DNA of 48,325 nucleotides, taken from the NCBI GenBank assembly GCA_021160725.1, contig JAGHCA010000043.1:1-48325 (forward strand), in the 5' to 3' direction. Positions 38,328-47,373 of this stretch are shown here, piece by piece. A program made the translations under genes and the position numbers. Position 1 is the first letter of the stretch; every line of letters starts with the position of its first letter. The notes below the pieces were generated by a model that did no database searches, was not told where the DNA came from, and saw only the letters and a list, made by a program, of their open reading frames with translations. The stretch is from Dehalococcoidia bacterium (GTDB lineage Bacteria; Chloroflexota; Dehalococcoidia; GIF9; AB-539-J10).

Positions 38328-38333
38328 ATGCGA

Positions 38334-38783
38334 TTATTTTCTCGTTTTGCTTTCCAGCGATATGGTGACCGGCCCATCATTATGGATTTCCACCAGCATA
38401 TGCTCTTGGAAAAGCCCTGTTTCCACCTTGAGCCCTGTGGCGCGAACTTGCTCCACGAAAACCTCATATAGTTCCTTAGCCAGATCCGGTGGGGCGGCGT
38501 CAGTAAAGCTGGGTCGCCTCCCCTTGCGTGAATCAGCCAGAAGAGTAAACTGGCTTACTACTAAAATGTCTCCCCTTGTTTCCAGCGCAGAGAGAGAAAA
38601 ATGACTTGACTCATCAGCAAAAATACGCAGGTTAACCACTTTGTTTGCCAGGTAAATGGCATCTTCCTTCGAGTCACTCTTAGCAACGCCGAGAAAAACC
38701 ACCAGCCCCCGCCCAATCTCGCCTACGACATCGTCATCCACGCTCACTGAGGCTCTGGAAACCCGCTGCACTAATGCTTTCAT
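38334..38783 (-). CDS. dtd: D-aminoacyl-tRNA deacylase
   Basis: MKALVQRV...GRGLVVFLGV...SQFTL...GRRPSF motifs, 149 aa. Confidence 0.9.
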   Translation of the reverse strand: MKALVQRVSRASVSVDDDVVGEIGRGLVVFLGVAKSDSKEDAIYLANKVVNLRIFADESSHFSLSALETRGDILVVSQFTLLADSRKGRRPSFTDAAPPDLAKELYEVFVEQVRATGLKVETGLFQEHMLVEIHNDGPVTISLESKTRK

Positions 38784-38835
38784 CTTGATTTAGCTCACAT
38801 AATTATGCCACCATCTCAAATTTATTTCCGCCTGA

Positions 38836-38876
38836 GTATTCTGGGGACATAATACCTGATTTGCAGTAGACCTAAT
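38836..38876. repeat. direct repeat copy 1 (41 nt), island boundary
   Basis: GTATTCTGGGGACATAATACCTGATTTGCAGTAGACCTAAT matches 41738-41778 in 38/41 positions in the same orientation. Weaker similarity (ATGGT..GGAATTT) continues after an indel. Confidence 0.8.
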
Positions 38877-38956
38877 CCCTCGCAAGGTGAAGAATGGTAT
38901 CTCTGGAATTTACAAACTACTTACTTCTACGCTGGGATTTTGGCTTGGCCACAAGC

Positions 38957-39199
38957 TTAATAACGTTTTTTTTGGTTGATGGTGACTTTGCGAACCACCC
39001 TTCCATAGGATTTTGCCATTGGCATAGAAAGACCAACTCGTGTACCTTGACGCATCTTAGACTGAAGGCGACGTTTGGCTGCCAGTCCGCCCCTTTGACG
39101 TAACTCGGGAGCATCCAGACCAGCTATTCGCACATACTCACCACCCTTAAGCTGAAAGGTGTCTCCATCAACAACCCTTCTGACTTTGCCTCTGGGCAT
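38957..39199 (-). CDS. thermonuclease (SNase)-like protein, short/truncated
   Basis: VVDGDTFQLKGGEYVRIAGLDAPE resembles the SNase N-terminal motif. The ORF ends right after an A8 tract (T8 on plus, 38966-38973), and a shifted frame continues about 20 codons. Confidence 0.5.
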   Translation of the reverse strand: MPRGKVRRVVDGDTFQLKGGEYVRIAGLDAPELRQRGGLAAKRRLQSKMRQGTRVGLSMPMAKSYGRVVRKVTINQKKRY

Positions 39200-39220
39200 A
39201 GCGTCCGCCTTCTTAAGCAG

Positions 39221-40018
39221 TTAACTACCAATCTTCTGCAGTCTAGAAATTCGGTTCGAAATAGAGGGATGTGAATAGGTATCACGCCTGACATCAGCAC
39301 ATTTCGCTTCTGCGAGTTTCCTCAATCCTTTTATCACTGGGTTAATGCCCACAAAGGTGGCGGCGATTGCGTCAGCCTCGTATTCAAAGCGCCAGCTCAC
39401 CATTGGCAAGATTAACCCGTAAGCAGAGAACACCAGTAACAGATTGACAAGGCCGGGCAAGTGTAAGAATGAGATAAGCAAAAGAACCGGTATAAGCGTC
39501 AGAAACAACACTATGGCATTCTTCATAGAATGTTTGGCTTTAAGATGAGCCAACTCACGTGCCAGAATACCTTTGCGTGTTTCTCTATCGAATTCATCGG
39601 CAACGGCTTGGCCTAAAATAATCTTGCCATCGATAGTAGCTCCTGCATTCAACCACTGCGGCACCATCTTCAAAATGTCTTCTCCTTTCAAACGGACACC
39701 CATCACCTTGGCAAGATTTGAAAGCTCTTCTACAAGCGCAAATGAATATGTTCTTCTTGCCCCAGATATTGTGATTATCTCTCGTAGTTTCTCGGGAAAA
39801 GAGACAACACACTCTGTTAGTGGCACCACTACAAACCCACTCGTGACGGCTAACGCTAGACCGAAGATTATTTTTAGACTGAGGATGTCCGTAACCGCAA
39901 AGAGGAAAACTGAGGCGAGCGTAGACAGAAAAACCCAACGAGTTGTGTTGAAAGCGAACCCTTGGAATTTCGAGCGAAGAGTAGATTCAATTGACGTGGT
40001 GGCAAATCTCCTTCTCAA
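39221..40018 (-). CDS. M48 (HtpX-like) membrane peptidase homologue with RELAH in place of HExxH
   Basis: 2+2 TM topology, FEYEADAIA and SHPSISNRI motifs typical of M48. The zinc motif reads ILARELAHLKAKH. Confidence 0.55.
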   Translation of the reverse strand: MRRRFATTSIESTLRSKFQGFAFNTTRWVFLSTLASVFLFAVTDILSLKIIFGLALAVTSGFVVVPLTECVVSFPEKLREIITISGARRTYSFALVEELSNLAKVMGVRLKGEDILKMVPQWLNAGATIDGKIILGQAVADEFDRETRKGILARELAHLKAKHSMKNAIVLFLTLIPVLLLISFLHLPGLVNLLLVFSAYGLILPMVSWRFEYEADAIAATFVGINPVIKGLRKLAEAKCADVRRDTYSHPSISNRISRLQKIGS

Positions 40019-40024
40019 ACTTGA

Positions 40025-40553
40025 CTATCCTCCTCTCTTGATGACCGATAGGTACTCAGTGAAAGAGGCCGCCGGCAGTTTCCTTTGCTTGGAGAGCATT
40101 CCCGCCCAGATTTCATCAGCTTCATCCAGATTTATAAGTCCTGTTTTATAAGCCTGACGTAATACACCCGCTGTTGTCAGCAAGCACTTTTTATTTTTGC
40201 TACAGAATGCTTCAACATCAGACAGGTTATTACTTGCCAGAATGCCATCGTGTTGTGTTAGATATGCCATGCAAGACGCCTCTCCGCTGCCGTATCTGCC
40301 AGACTCGAGGAATTTTGCCAATTGAAGAGCTTCGGAGGAGGCAGCAAGCATCGCCTCACTTCTTATATGCCCGTTTTTTTATGGATAGTTCCACCCTTGA
40401 TGCTAAATGTGGCACCCTTCTCAATTCCTCTAATACCTCTTCCAGTACAACCATTCGTTTTGAATACAGCCCTTCCAAAATGTCCAGTCGCTTGCCCCAG
40501 GCAAAACTGGATAAAAAATCCGAATCAAGAATGATAGGAGGCTCAGTCGACAA
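40025..40553 (-). pseudogene. PIN-domain nuclease-like gene split by a frameshift at an A7 tract
   Basis: ORF 40356-40553 (PIILDSDFLSSF...) and ORF 40025-40351 (...GSGEASCMAYL...ILASNNLSDV...) together resemble one PIN-like protein. Removing one A from the A7 run (T7 on plus, 40374-40380) fuses them as ...SIKNGHIRSEAMLAASSEAL... Confidence 0.55.
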
Positions 40554-41280
40554 CGTCGAGCTCCTCCGATGCCTCCATTACTTCTTCTAGTAAGTCTGCA
40601 TCAGCTAAGATTTCTTCGTATCTCGAATCGGTGATAAGATTCTTCTGTAACGCTTCGTTTGCCTTTTCAGCATAATCTGAGATTATGACCTTGTCATCGG
40701 TTGTCATGTACAAGTCAATGTTCTTACCAAGTGACCTAGCGCTCTGGATAACGTTGATGCAATATTTTTCGCTCTGTTCGCGTGTGATGAACTTCAAATC
40801 TTCCAGCCTCCAACAGATCGCCTTTCTGCTTACGCCGAAAAATTGCTCCAAATTTATGATGTCTGCCAACGTTAGCTTCATGTCCAGTTTCTTGCGCAGC
40901 CGAAGCTGATTCAAGATAGCATCTTCCGGCATGAGCAGATACACTGCAAACATATTAGCAACCTGCTCGATGCCTCGACTCTGGCCAAAAGCCTCCGTTT
41001 TGCACGCACGGCTAACGAGATTTTCATCATAAAGGCAGTGGTAAAGCTCATGAGCAATCGTGAAATTCTGGTGTCCCAGAGTCTTTGAGGAATTTATCAG
41101 AATTACCTTGACTTTATTTGTCTTGAGGGTTGCGCCCGAGATGCTGCTTTCTAATGGCCTCTTGACACAGGTTATCCCCAGTGACGTCACAGCCCTGTAG
41201 ACATCGAAGTACTCGGTTGACTGTAGTCCGAGCGTCAGGCGAGTATCAATTGCCAGTTGATGTGCTTTGCTTTCTTTCAT
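40543..41280 (-). CDS. ImmA/IrrE-family metallopeptidase (COG2856)
   Basis: FTIAHELYHCLYDE HExxH motif and typical length. Directly downstream of the XRE gene. Confidence 0.8.
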   Translation of the reverse strand: MKESKAHQLAIDTRLTLGLQSTEYFDVYRAVTSLGITCVKRPLESSISGATLKTNKVKVILINSSKTLGHQNFTIAHELYHCLYDENLVSRACKTEAFGQSRGIEQVANMFAVYLLMPEDAILNQLRLRKKLDMKLTLADIINLEQFFGVSRKAICWRLEDLKFITREQSEKYCINVIQSARSLGKNIDLYMTTDDKVIISDYAEKANEALQKNLITDSRYEEILADADLLEEVMEASEELDVVD

Positions 41281-41283
41281 GAT

Positions 41284-41622
41284 TCACTCTCCAAGTAGAC
41301 GGTACAAGCTATCTAGATTACGTGCTATCTTCTCTACTTGAGCGATAATCGGGAGGTCGCTGTCGTTCAAATCTGAAACTCTGAAAGCCATAAACACCTG
41401 AGGCCCCTCATCTTTTGCAGACTCATCCACGAAATATGAGAATTTGTAGCCATAGAGGTCAGCAAGCTTCCGTAACATCAACGTGCTTACTGGTCTGGCG
41501 CCAGTCTCAATGTAAGAGATAATTTCTCTTTTAATTCCTAGATACTTTGCAACTTGCTCTTGAGTGAAGCCAATAGATTCTCTAACGGATTGCAAACGTT
41601 TACCAATAGTTTTGTTATCCAT
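41284..41622 (-). CDS. XRE-family helix-turn-helix transcriptional regulator
   Basis: IGKRLQSVRESIGFTQEQVAKYLGIKREIISYIETGARPVS HTH_3 pattern. Start at MDNKT with a GGGGGAG SD. Confidence 0.8.
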   Translation of the reverse strand: MDNKTIGKRLQSVRESIGFTQEQVAKYLGIKREIISYIETGARPVSTLMLRKLADLYGYKFSYFVDESAKDEGPQVFMAFRVSDLNDSDLPIIAQVEKIARNLDSLYRLLGE

Positions 41623-41669
41623 TGCTGCTCCCCCTTCAGTGTTACACATATATGTGGAATATTGAATCT

Positions 41670-41698
41670 ATTGTAACATTTTCGTTACATGCTGTCAA
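41670..41698 (-). promoter_or_regulatory. candidate promoter of the XRE-ImmA operon with embedded palindromic operator
   Basis: Minus strand reads TTGACA (41698-41693), 17 nt, TACAAT (41675-41670). The palindrome TGTAAC-N6-GTTACA (41672-41689) covers the spacer and -10. A related GTGTAACAC lies just downstream. Confidence 0.5.
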
Positions 41699-41737
41699 GG
41701 GGAGGATATATGACCAGTGTTGTGAGAATTCCATCGG

Positions 41738-41778
41738 GTATTCTGGGGACATAATACCGGATTTGTAGTAGGCCTAAT
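41738..41778. repeat. direct repeat copy 2 (41 nt), island boundary
   Basis: GTATTCTGGGGACATAATACCGGATTTGTAGTAGGCCTAAT, 38/41 identical to 38836-38876. Confidence 0.8.
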
Positions 41779-41892
41779 TGATATGGTGCCACGGAATTTG
41801 CTGGGGTTATTCAAGGACATGGGGGAGATTATAACTGCATTTTGAAGCTGGTAGGGTAGTTTTACCGGTCACTTAGAGCATGGCATTTCTAT

Positions 41893-42126
41893 TTACTTCC
41901 ATGATCTATCCAGCCACATCCCTTCAATTTCTCCACTTTCTGCATCAACCGCAAAAGACCCTATCTTTCTAATGGCTCGACGGGCATGATCATACTCAAA
42001 GCTTACTTTCCACTTTCCATCAGCTTTTAGTGCGTATGTAAGTTGTAACTCGGAATAATCCATAACACCCAGGATATATAGAACTTTCTCAGCTATTCTT
42101 TTTAATTCTTCTGCTTGTACACTCAT
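41893..42126 (-). CDS. hypothetical small protein (about 77 aa)
   Basis: ORF with a GAGGGGGG SD before MSVQAEEL. No motif recognised. Confidence 0.45.
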   Translation of the reverse strand: MSVQAEELKRIAEKVLYILGVMDYSELQLTYALKADGKWKVSFEYDHARRAIRKIGSFAVDAESGEIEGMWLDRSWK

Positions 42127-42288
42127 AGTCTCAACCCCCCTCAAGGAAGAGTTTGTTGTCTATCTCACCACAAAATTCATTTTCCGCACATATATATATT
42201 CGCAATTGAACAGTAGTGTATCTCACTCGCAACACTCAGTGCTAGAATAGCGATAGCTGCGGAGGCTGGACATACTTTTGATATTCCG

Positions 42289-43410
42289 CTAAATTGAAAG
42301 GAGCTCTCGGGGATAAGTTGTTAGCATTTCGGCTCCCGACTCCGTTACTAAGACAGTATCTTCTAGCCTGATGCCCAAGTTCAGGACTTTGCCCTGTTTT
42401 ACTGAACATTGGAAAAAAGCCAAAATGTTGTTCTTCTCAATCTTTGCTTCCGGGTTCGATTCCCCATTTCTCATTAGGAACGGTTGTTCCTCAACAGCCA
42501 GGCCGATATTGTGTCCCACCACAGGCCCTACCATAGGGAATTCAGAAGTTTTAGCAAACTCTCGCGGTATTGCCTGTATTTCATTTATGGCTATTCCAGG
42601 GCACAATTTTTCTAACATAATACTCTGTGCACCTCGTAATGTTTCATAAGCTTTTTGTAGTTGTTCGGGAGGTTTTCCGATAAAAAAGGTTCGGGCAATG
42701 TCACTGGTATAACCATGAATGACAGCTCCCATGTCTATTGTAACAATCTCCCCGGCAGATATTTTCTTTTGAGTGGCACGAGGATGGATGAGTCTGGCAC
42801 GGGGTCCGGATGCTACATAAATAGTATGCTTAATAGCATCGGAACCCAACGTTACCATTCGATGTTGTGCTAAGGAGGCAACCTCAAGTTCCGTCATTCC
42901 TGGTTTCATTGCTTCTGCTACTGTTTTCATACCGGCATCTGCAATTTCGCAGGCTCTCCTTATGAACTCTATCTCTGTTTCAGATTTTACTGACCTGATT
43001 TGTTCTTCAATCGCCTCGGTAACATCTACAACTTCTACTTCAGGTAAATTACACTTGAATGAATCTCCTAGTTCTGTCATAGCTGTAGTATCCATAGCAA
43101 CCGGTCCTTGTATTCCACCCAATTGTTTCAATACCTTTAGTACTTCCTTTCCCTGACTAGCCATAGTATAAGTTTTGACATTTACCCCTTTTGTTTGCTC
43201 AACTGCAGTATCTTTCTCAACCCAAAGTACAGCGAACACAGCTTCTGATTCCTGGGTTATGATAACTACGCCGCATGTTTGCATACTGGGTTCAGTGACA
43301 TCGGTGAAATATTGTATGTTTTGAGGAGTGGACACCACTAATCCACTATAACCATTACGCCGCATGAAATCACGCGCTTTTTCTTGCCTTTGTACAATTT
43401 CGTTTATCAT
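42289..43410 (-). CDS. M24-family Xaa-Pro aminopeptidase / creatinase-like peptidase
   Basis: Creatinase_N-like N-terminal domain. Pita-bread metal ligand pattern DMGAVIHGYTSDIARTF, GHNIGL, EDTVLVTE. Confidence 0.8.
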   Translation of the reverse strand: MINEIVQRQEKARDFMRRNGYSGLVVSTPQNIQYFTDVTEPSMQTCGVVIITQESEAVFAVLWVEKDTAVEQTKGVNVKTYTMASQGKEVLKVLKQLGGIQGPVAMDTTAMTELGDSFKCNLPEVEVVDVTEAIEEQIRSVKSETEIEFIRRACEIADAGMKTVAEAMKPGMTELEVASLAQHRMVTLGSDAIKHTIYVASGPRARLIHPRATQKKISAGEIVTIDMGAVIHGYTSDIARTFFIGKPPEQLQKAYETLRGAQSIMLEKLCPGIAINEIQAIPREFAKTSEFPMVGPVVGHNIGLAVEEQPFLMRNGESNPEAKIEKNNILAFFQCSVKQGKVLNLGIRLEDTVLVTESGAEMLTTYPRELLSI

Positions 43411-43703
43411 ACTGTTCCTTCTCTTCCAGGTAAGCTACGCCTAATTTGATTACCTTTAACAATATTGCTAGCAGAAACTCAACGATACTACCATTGCTTG
43501 GTTAGAACAGTCAATCTCACAATTTAAATCGTGGCATTTACAACGGACGTCTATTCTCATATAATAAATAATATGCAGCTAGTTGCTAGGGCATTGCTAG
43601 GCAAAGTTTTACCCGTAGCTAAAAATGGCATATCTCAGAAAGTAACGCTGTTTTAACGCTAAATACAATTGTGATGTTGAGCATAAACTAAAATATGGCT
43701 TCC

Positions 43704-43780
43704 GTCCCTGTAGCTCAGCTGGACAGAGCGGCTGCCTTCTAAGCAGCGGGTCGTGGGTTCGAATCCCTCCAGGGACGCCA
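43704..43780 (+). tRNA. tRNA-Arg (anticodon TCT), CCA encoded
   Basis: Acceptor GTCCCTG/CAGGGAC, anticodon stem GCTGC/GCAGC, loop CTTCTAA, T-loop TTCGAAT, 3' GCCA followed by a T-run. Confidence 0.88.
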
Positions 43781-43878
43781 TTTTTTGAAGCCAAAATGAA
43801 CCCGATACTAAAGCTATGGCATGGGGCTTAATCATTAAATGGCACTAATTTGGCACTGATGATATTATAAACTAGGCG

Positions 43879-44469
43879 ATGACTGATAAGTATGACATAG
43901 AGGTGAAATTACTTGCCGTCACTCCTGATGCTGAAAAATTGATAGAGACGGCAGGTAGGCTATGTTGGGGCACGCAGGATAAAACAGGCACTGTACCCGA
44001 CCGAATTCAGAAGTGGCTGGAGGTCGGGCACGAGTCAATGATTGAACATGCTTGCGCTACCTTCTACATTCGTGCCAGCCGCGTCCTGACCCATGAGCTT
44101 GTCAGGCACAGATTGGCAAGTTACAGCCAGAGAAGCCAGCGATATGTGAAGGAGACCGAGCCAAGATACGTCGAGCCACCTCCAATTAAAGACAACGAAC
44201 CCGCCCATAAGCAGTTCGAGGAGGCAATGACGGCTTGCTGGCGAGCCTATGGTGACTTATTAGCCAAGGGGATAAAAGCTGAGATTGCTCGCTATGTCCT
44301 TCCCAATGCCTGTGAGACCCAGATAATCTGCACCTGGAATTTCCGCGAAATTCGCCATATCATCAAGCTGCGCACATCCAAGCGAGCGCTTCCCGAGTTT
44401 AGAGCTGTCGCCGAAGAAATACGGAAGATAGCGAAGGAAATAGCTCCCCAGGTATTTGCAGATTTATGA
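43879..44469 (+). CDS. thyX: FAD-dependent thymidylate synthase (short form)
   Basis: RHRLASYSQRSQRY ThyX signature. Confidence 0.88.
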   Translation: MTDKYDIEVKLLAVTPDAEKLIETAGRLCWGTQDKTGTVPDRIQKWLEVGHESMIEHACATFYIRASRVLTHELVRHRLASYSQRSQRYVKETEPRYVEPPPIKDNEPAHKQFEEAMTACWRAYGDLLAKGIKAEIARYVLPNACETQIICTWNFREIRHIIKLRTSKRALPEFRAVAEEIRKIAKEIAPQVFADL

Positions 44470-44483
44470 TTTGTAGAGCGGAA

Positions 44484-45158
44484 TCATTTCCTGGAGCTCT
44501 TATCGCTGACCTCCTTCGGATACCAGCGTTCATTAAAATCAGGAAGGTTTTTGCTATGGGTTAAGATGACAATCTCGTCGCCTTTATGGAGTTTTGTATC
44601 GTCATCAGCAAAGTGAAATTTATTGTCGCGATAGTAAAAAATAACCTTCGCATCTTTGGGAAGTCCAAGTTCACTAACACTAACTGCGTCCTCCTCACCA
44701 GCCGTAAAAGTAAAAAACCTGGCTTCTTCCTTTAACAATGTAGATAGATTGATATTATCAAGTCCGCGTACCATATTGTCCAAGTGACGGCTCATCGTCC
44801 ATACCGGGACAATGGTATCTTCAAGCCCGAGTTCACGGCATAATTGCACCAAATCCGTATCTTCGATGCTGGTTATAACGCGCTTAAAGCCCATCGAGCG
44901 TCCCAGCAAGGATGTGATGATATTAATCTGGTCGCTATTGGTCAGGCAAAATAAAATATCGCTGTTTTTAGGGTCAACTTGACTGAGTATTGCCGGTCTG
45001 GCTGAATCGCCATGCAGGAAGCTGCAATCCAGTTCATCTGAAATCTGGTCGATTTTTTCCTTGTCGACTTCTATAATAATCACTTCGTGTCCCTGCTTTA
45101 TAAATGTTTTAGCTGTTATAATCGTTAATGGGCTGGCTCCTGAAAACACAATCCTCAT
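44484..45158 (-). CDS. trkA: Trk/Ktr potassium uptake regulatory subunit (RCK N + C domains)
   Basis: MRIVFSGASPLT...HEVIIIE Rossmann-like N-terminus with a degenerate glycine motif, TrkA_C-like C-terminus. The ATG overlaps the trkH stop. Confidence 0.75.
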   Translation of the reverse strand: MRIVFSGASPLTIITAKTFIKQGHEVIIIEVDKEKIDQISDELDCSFLHGDSARPAILSQVDPKNSDILFCLTNSDQINIITSLLGRSMGFKRVITSIEDTDLVQLCRELGLEDTIVPVWTMSRHLDNMVRGLDNINLSTLLKEEARFFTFTAGEEDAVSVSELGLPKDAKVIFYYRDNKFHFADDDTKLHKGDEIVILTHSKNLPDFNERWYPKEVSDKSSRK

Positions 45159-46609
45159 ATTATTTCCTCCAGTCTCCTTCCAATCCAAGTCCGGGGATAG
45201 AATAGCACTAACCAAGCAATAATTTCCAATCTCCCAAGAAGCATATCTGCACATAGAACTCCTTTAAGGAGCGGATGCAGTTCGGGAGCAATTATTCCAG
45301 TCGATAATCCGACTGTGCCAACCGCCGACACAACCTCGAATAACGAATCAAGTGGGTTATACCCCATGCCTACAAATACCAGCCATGAAATCGCAATGGA
45401 CGCCATAAAAATAAAAATGATGCTGAGGGCGTTCTGTATCTCGTCTGTTTCCAGCCGGCGCCTGCCAAGACTGGCTTCGACAACAGCTTGCTTGGGCATA
45501 CCGGGACGCTGCAGAAAGATATAAAGTAACTGCCCCAAAATTAATAAGCGTAGAATCTTGATGCCTCCGGCAGTAGATCCGGCGCCGCCGCCCACAAACA
45601 TGGAAAAAATGAGTGTAAGCTTTGCACCAGCGTTGAGCTGAGAAATATCTAATGTAGAGAAGCCGGCCGTTGATTGAGCAGAGAAAGCATTTAATATTCC
45701 ATGGCGCAGTGCTTGAATCCAGCCGAAACCATCTTGGGTGAGAAACCATGCTATAAGTAACGCTGTCACCAAGCCGGCTATAAGAAGCCCCTGCAACTGG
45801 CGGTCTCGCAATAATATTCTTCCACCCTCTTTAAATGAACGAAAGTATAGGACCAAGGGAATAGCGCCTGCCACTGATAGCAATATCACCATCGCTTGTA
45901 GCCACGAACTACTAAGTCCTGCCAGGCTGGCATCGTGAGGTGAAAACCCTCCAGTAGATACTGCGGAAAGAGAGTATATTACGCTATTGAACCATCCGGC
46001 GCCCATCAACTCTAATGCAACAATGCCGAAACCGGTCAGAATTGAGTAAACGATAATCACACGGCGAGCATGTGCCCTGGTACTACCGACCAGGTCATCC
46101 TCATAGTCTTCCAAATCGCCAATGCGCTTGGCCGCCAGCCCCGGCCGTATCATGGTTGCCACGAAAAGAATCACGATACCCAGCCCCCCGGCCCACTGCA
46201 TCCAGGCACGAGAAAATAGAAAAATAGCCGATTTATCTGCCACCGAAACCGTAACGCTCAAACCTGTTGTTGTTACGCCGGAGATAGTCTCGAACAGCGC
46301 ATCTGCAAAGCTTAAGCCGGAAGCCATGATAGGCCAGGTCATCACCAGCGGCGCAAATAGAAACACCAGAGCGGTAACGACCATGGCTTCGTTCGTTTGG
46401 ATGCGTTTGGGAGTCGGCAACCTTTGCAGGAAGAAACCTGTCGCAAAGACACCCACCACAACAATGGCATATCGGAGGGTAACACGGTAATCGCCGAGTA
46501 GAATGGATACAACTAACGGCACCAGCGTAAGCACTGCCAGAACAATGCAGAGTTGGCCGAAATATTTCAGTACCGGCCGAGGTCGAACGGAATACCTCAG
46601 TGCACGCAC
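45155..46609 (-). CDS. trkH: TrkH/KtrB-family potassium transporter
   Basis: 484-aa polytopic protein with repeated selectivity-filter-like motifs (TTGLS, STGGFS, STAGFS, GTVGLSTG). Confidence 0.85.
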   Translation of the reverse strand: MRALRYSVRPRPVLKYFGQLCIVLAVLTLVPLVVSILLGDYRVTLRYAIVVVGVFATGFFLQRLPTPKRIQTNEAMVVTALVFLFAPLVMTWPIMASGLSFADALFETISGVTTTGLSVTVSVADKSAIFLFSRAWMQWAGGLGIVILFVATMIRPGLAAKRIGDLEDYEDDLVGSTRAHARRVIIVYSILTGFGIVALELMGAGWFNSVIYSLSAVSTGGFSPHDASLAGLSSSWLQAMVILLSVAGAIPLVLYFRSFKEGGRILLRDRQLQGLLIAGLVTALLIAWFLTQDGFGWIQALRHGILNAFSAQSTAGFSTLDISQLNAGAKLTLIFSMFVGGGAGSTAGGIKILRLLILGQLLYIFLQRPGMPKQAVVEASLGRRRLETDEIQNALSIIFIFMASIAISWLVFVGMGYNPLDSLFEVVSAVGTVGLSTGIIAPELHPLLKGVLCADMLLGRLEIIAWLVLFYPRTWIGRRLEEII

Positions 46610-46866
46610 TATTAACCCCGTCTCATTTCAATTCTATACATTGATATCGCCTCCATATCTGATCCTTGATAACTATATGAGCTGAGAGATGCAAGTCGGA
46701 TATGAAGTATATGTGTCAATTACACCCTATTATAGCTCTTTTACACAAGATGCAGGGTGGAAAGAAACGCAACTGAGTGTTGCGCAGACCACTGTTACAA
46801 TGGTGGTAGCATATTTTGAAGAAGGCTAATGTGAGTTTCATATCCACATGTCACGAGACCGAGAAA

Positions 46867-46948
46867 TGGGGAAGGGGGGACTCGAACCCCCACGCCTTTC
46901 GGCACATGATCCTAAGTCATGCTCGTCTGCCAATTCCGACACTTCCCC
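46867..46948 (-). tRNA. tRNA-Leu (anticodon TAG), class II
   Basis: The reverse complement folds with acceptor GGGGAAG/CTTCCCC, anticodon stem CATGA/TCATG, loop CTTAGGA, long variable arm, and T arm GGGGG-TTCGAGT-CCCCC. Confidence 0.88.
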
Positions 46949-47373
46949 ATGAAGCTAGGTTAGCTACAGGTGGTGCCACAGAAGAAATTAACCAGCGACA
47001 TATTAGAAGCTTTCTTAAAGCCCAAAAGACGAGGCATACCCAAAACAACACGTTTTTATTCTACCAAAGATGCCTTGCCAAAGCCATCGAGCGTGATTTG
47101 ACATCTGTAATTATATACTGGTTTCTTTCTACCTTAAGCTGCAAGAATGGCAAATTTGCCTACTATAGAGGATGGCAGAGTGTTGTGTAACTGGCTTTAT
47201 CGGCAAGGTTACTTTGCAGACAATCTTATCAGGTTGGGAGACAGCCTGAGCGTGGCTAAAAAGCTGTTTTTATTGCTAGGGTATTATCGTTTTTATCCGT
47301 TAGCTTCAGGGTATACGTAGAAGTTTGGCGTTTTTATGCATATAGCGACCTGCTGGGACATCTGGCACAGAAC

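Noticed and set aside
39573-40151. 192-aa plus-strand ORF
   Set aside because: It is antisense to the M48-like and PIN-like genes and Ser/Thr-rich low-complexity. It is a shadow ORF.
43609-43794. 61-aa minus-strand ORF, and the 124-aa plus-strand ORF at 46816-47190
   Set aside because: Both run through tRNA genes (tRNA-Arg and tRNA-Leu respectively). They contain the typical GGIRTHD / GDSNPH tRNA-derived pseudo-peptides.
45159-45254. Longer TrkA start (MCRYASWEIGNY...)
   Set aside because: The extension lies inside trkH. The ATG at 45158 overlaps the trkH stop and begins the Rossmann-like strand MRIVFSG.
46610-46866. Possible c-di-AMP (ydaO-type) or other riboswitch in the long leader upstream of trkH
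   Set aside because: I could not recognise the conserved motif or a convincing pseudo-symmetric fold, only short 5-bp hairpins. A covariance-model scan is needed before any claim.
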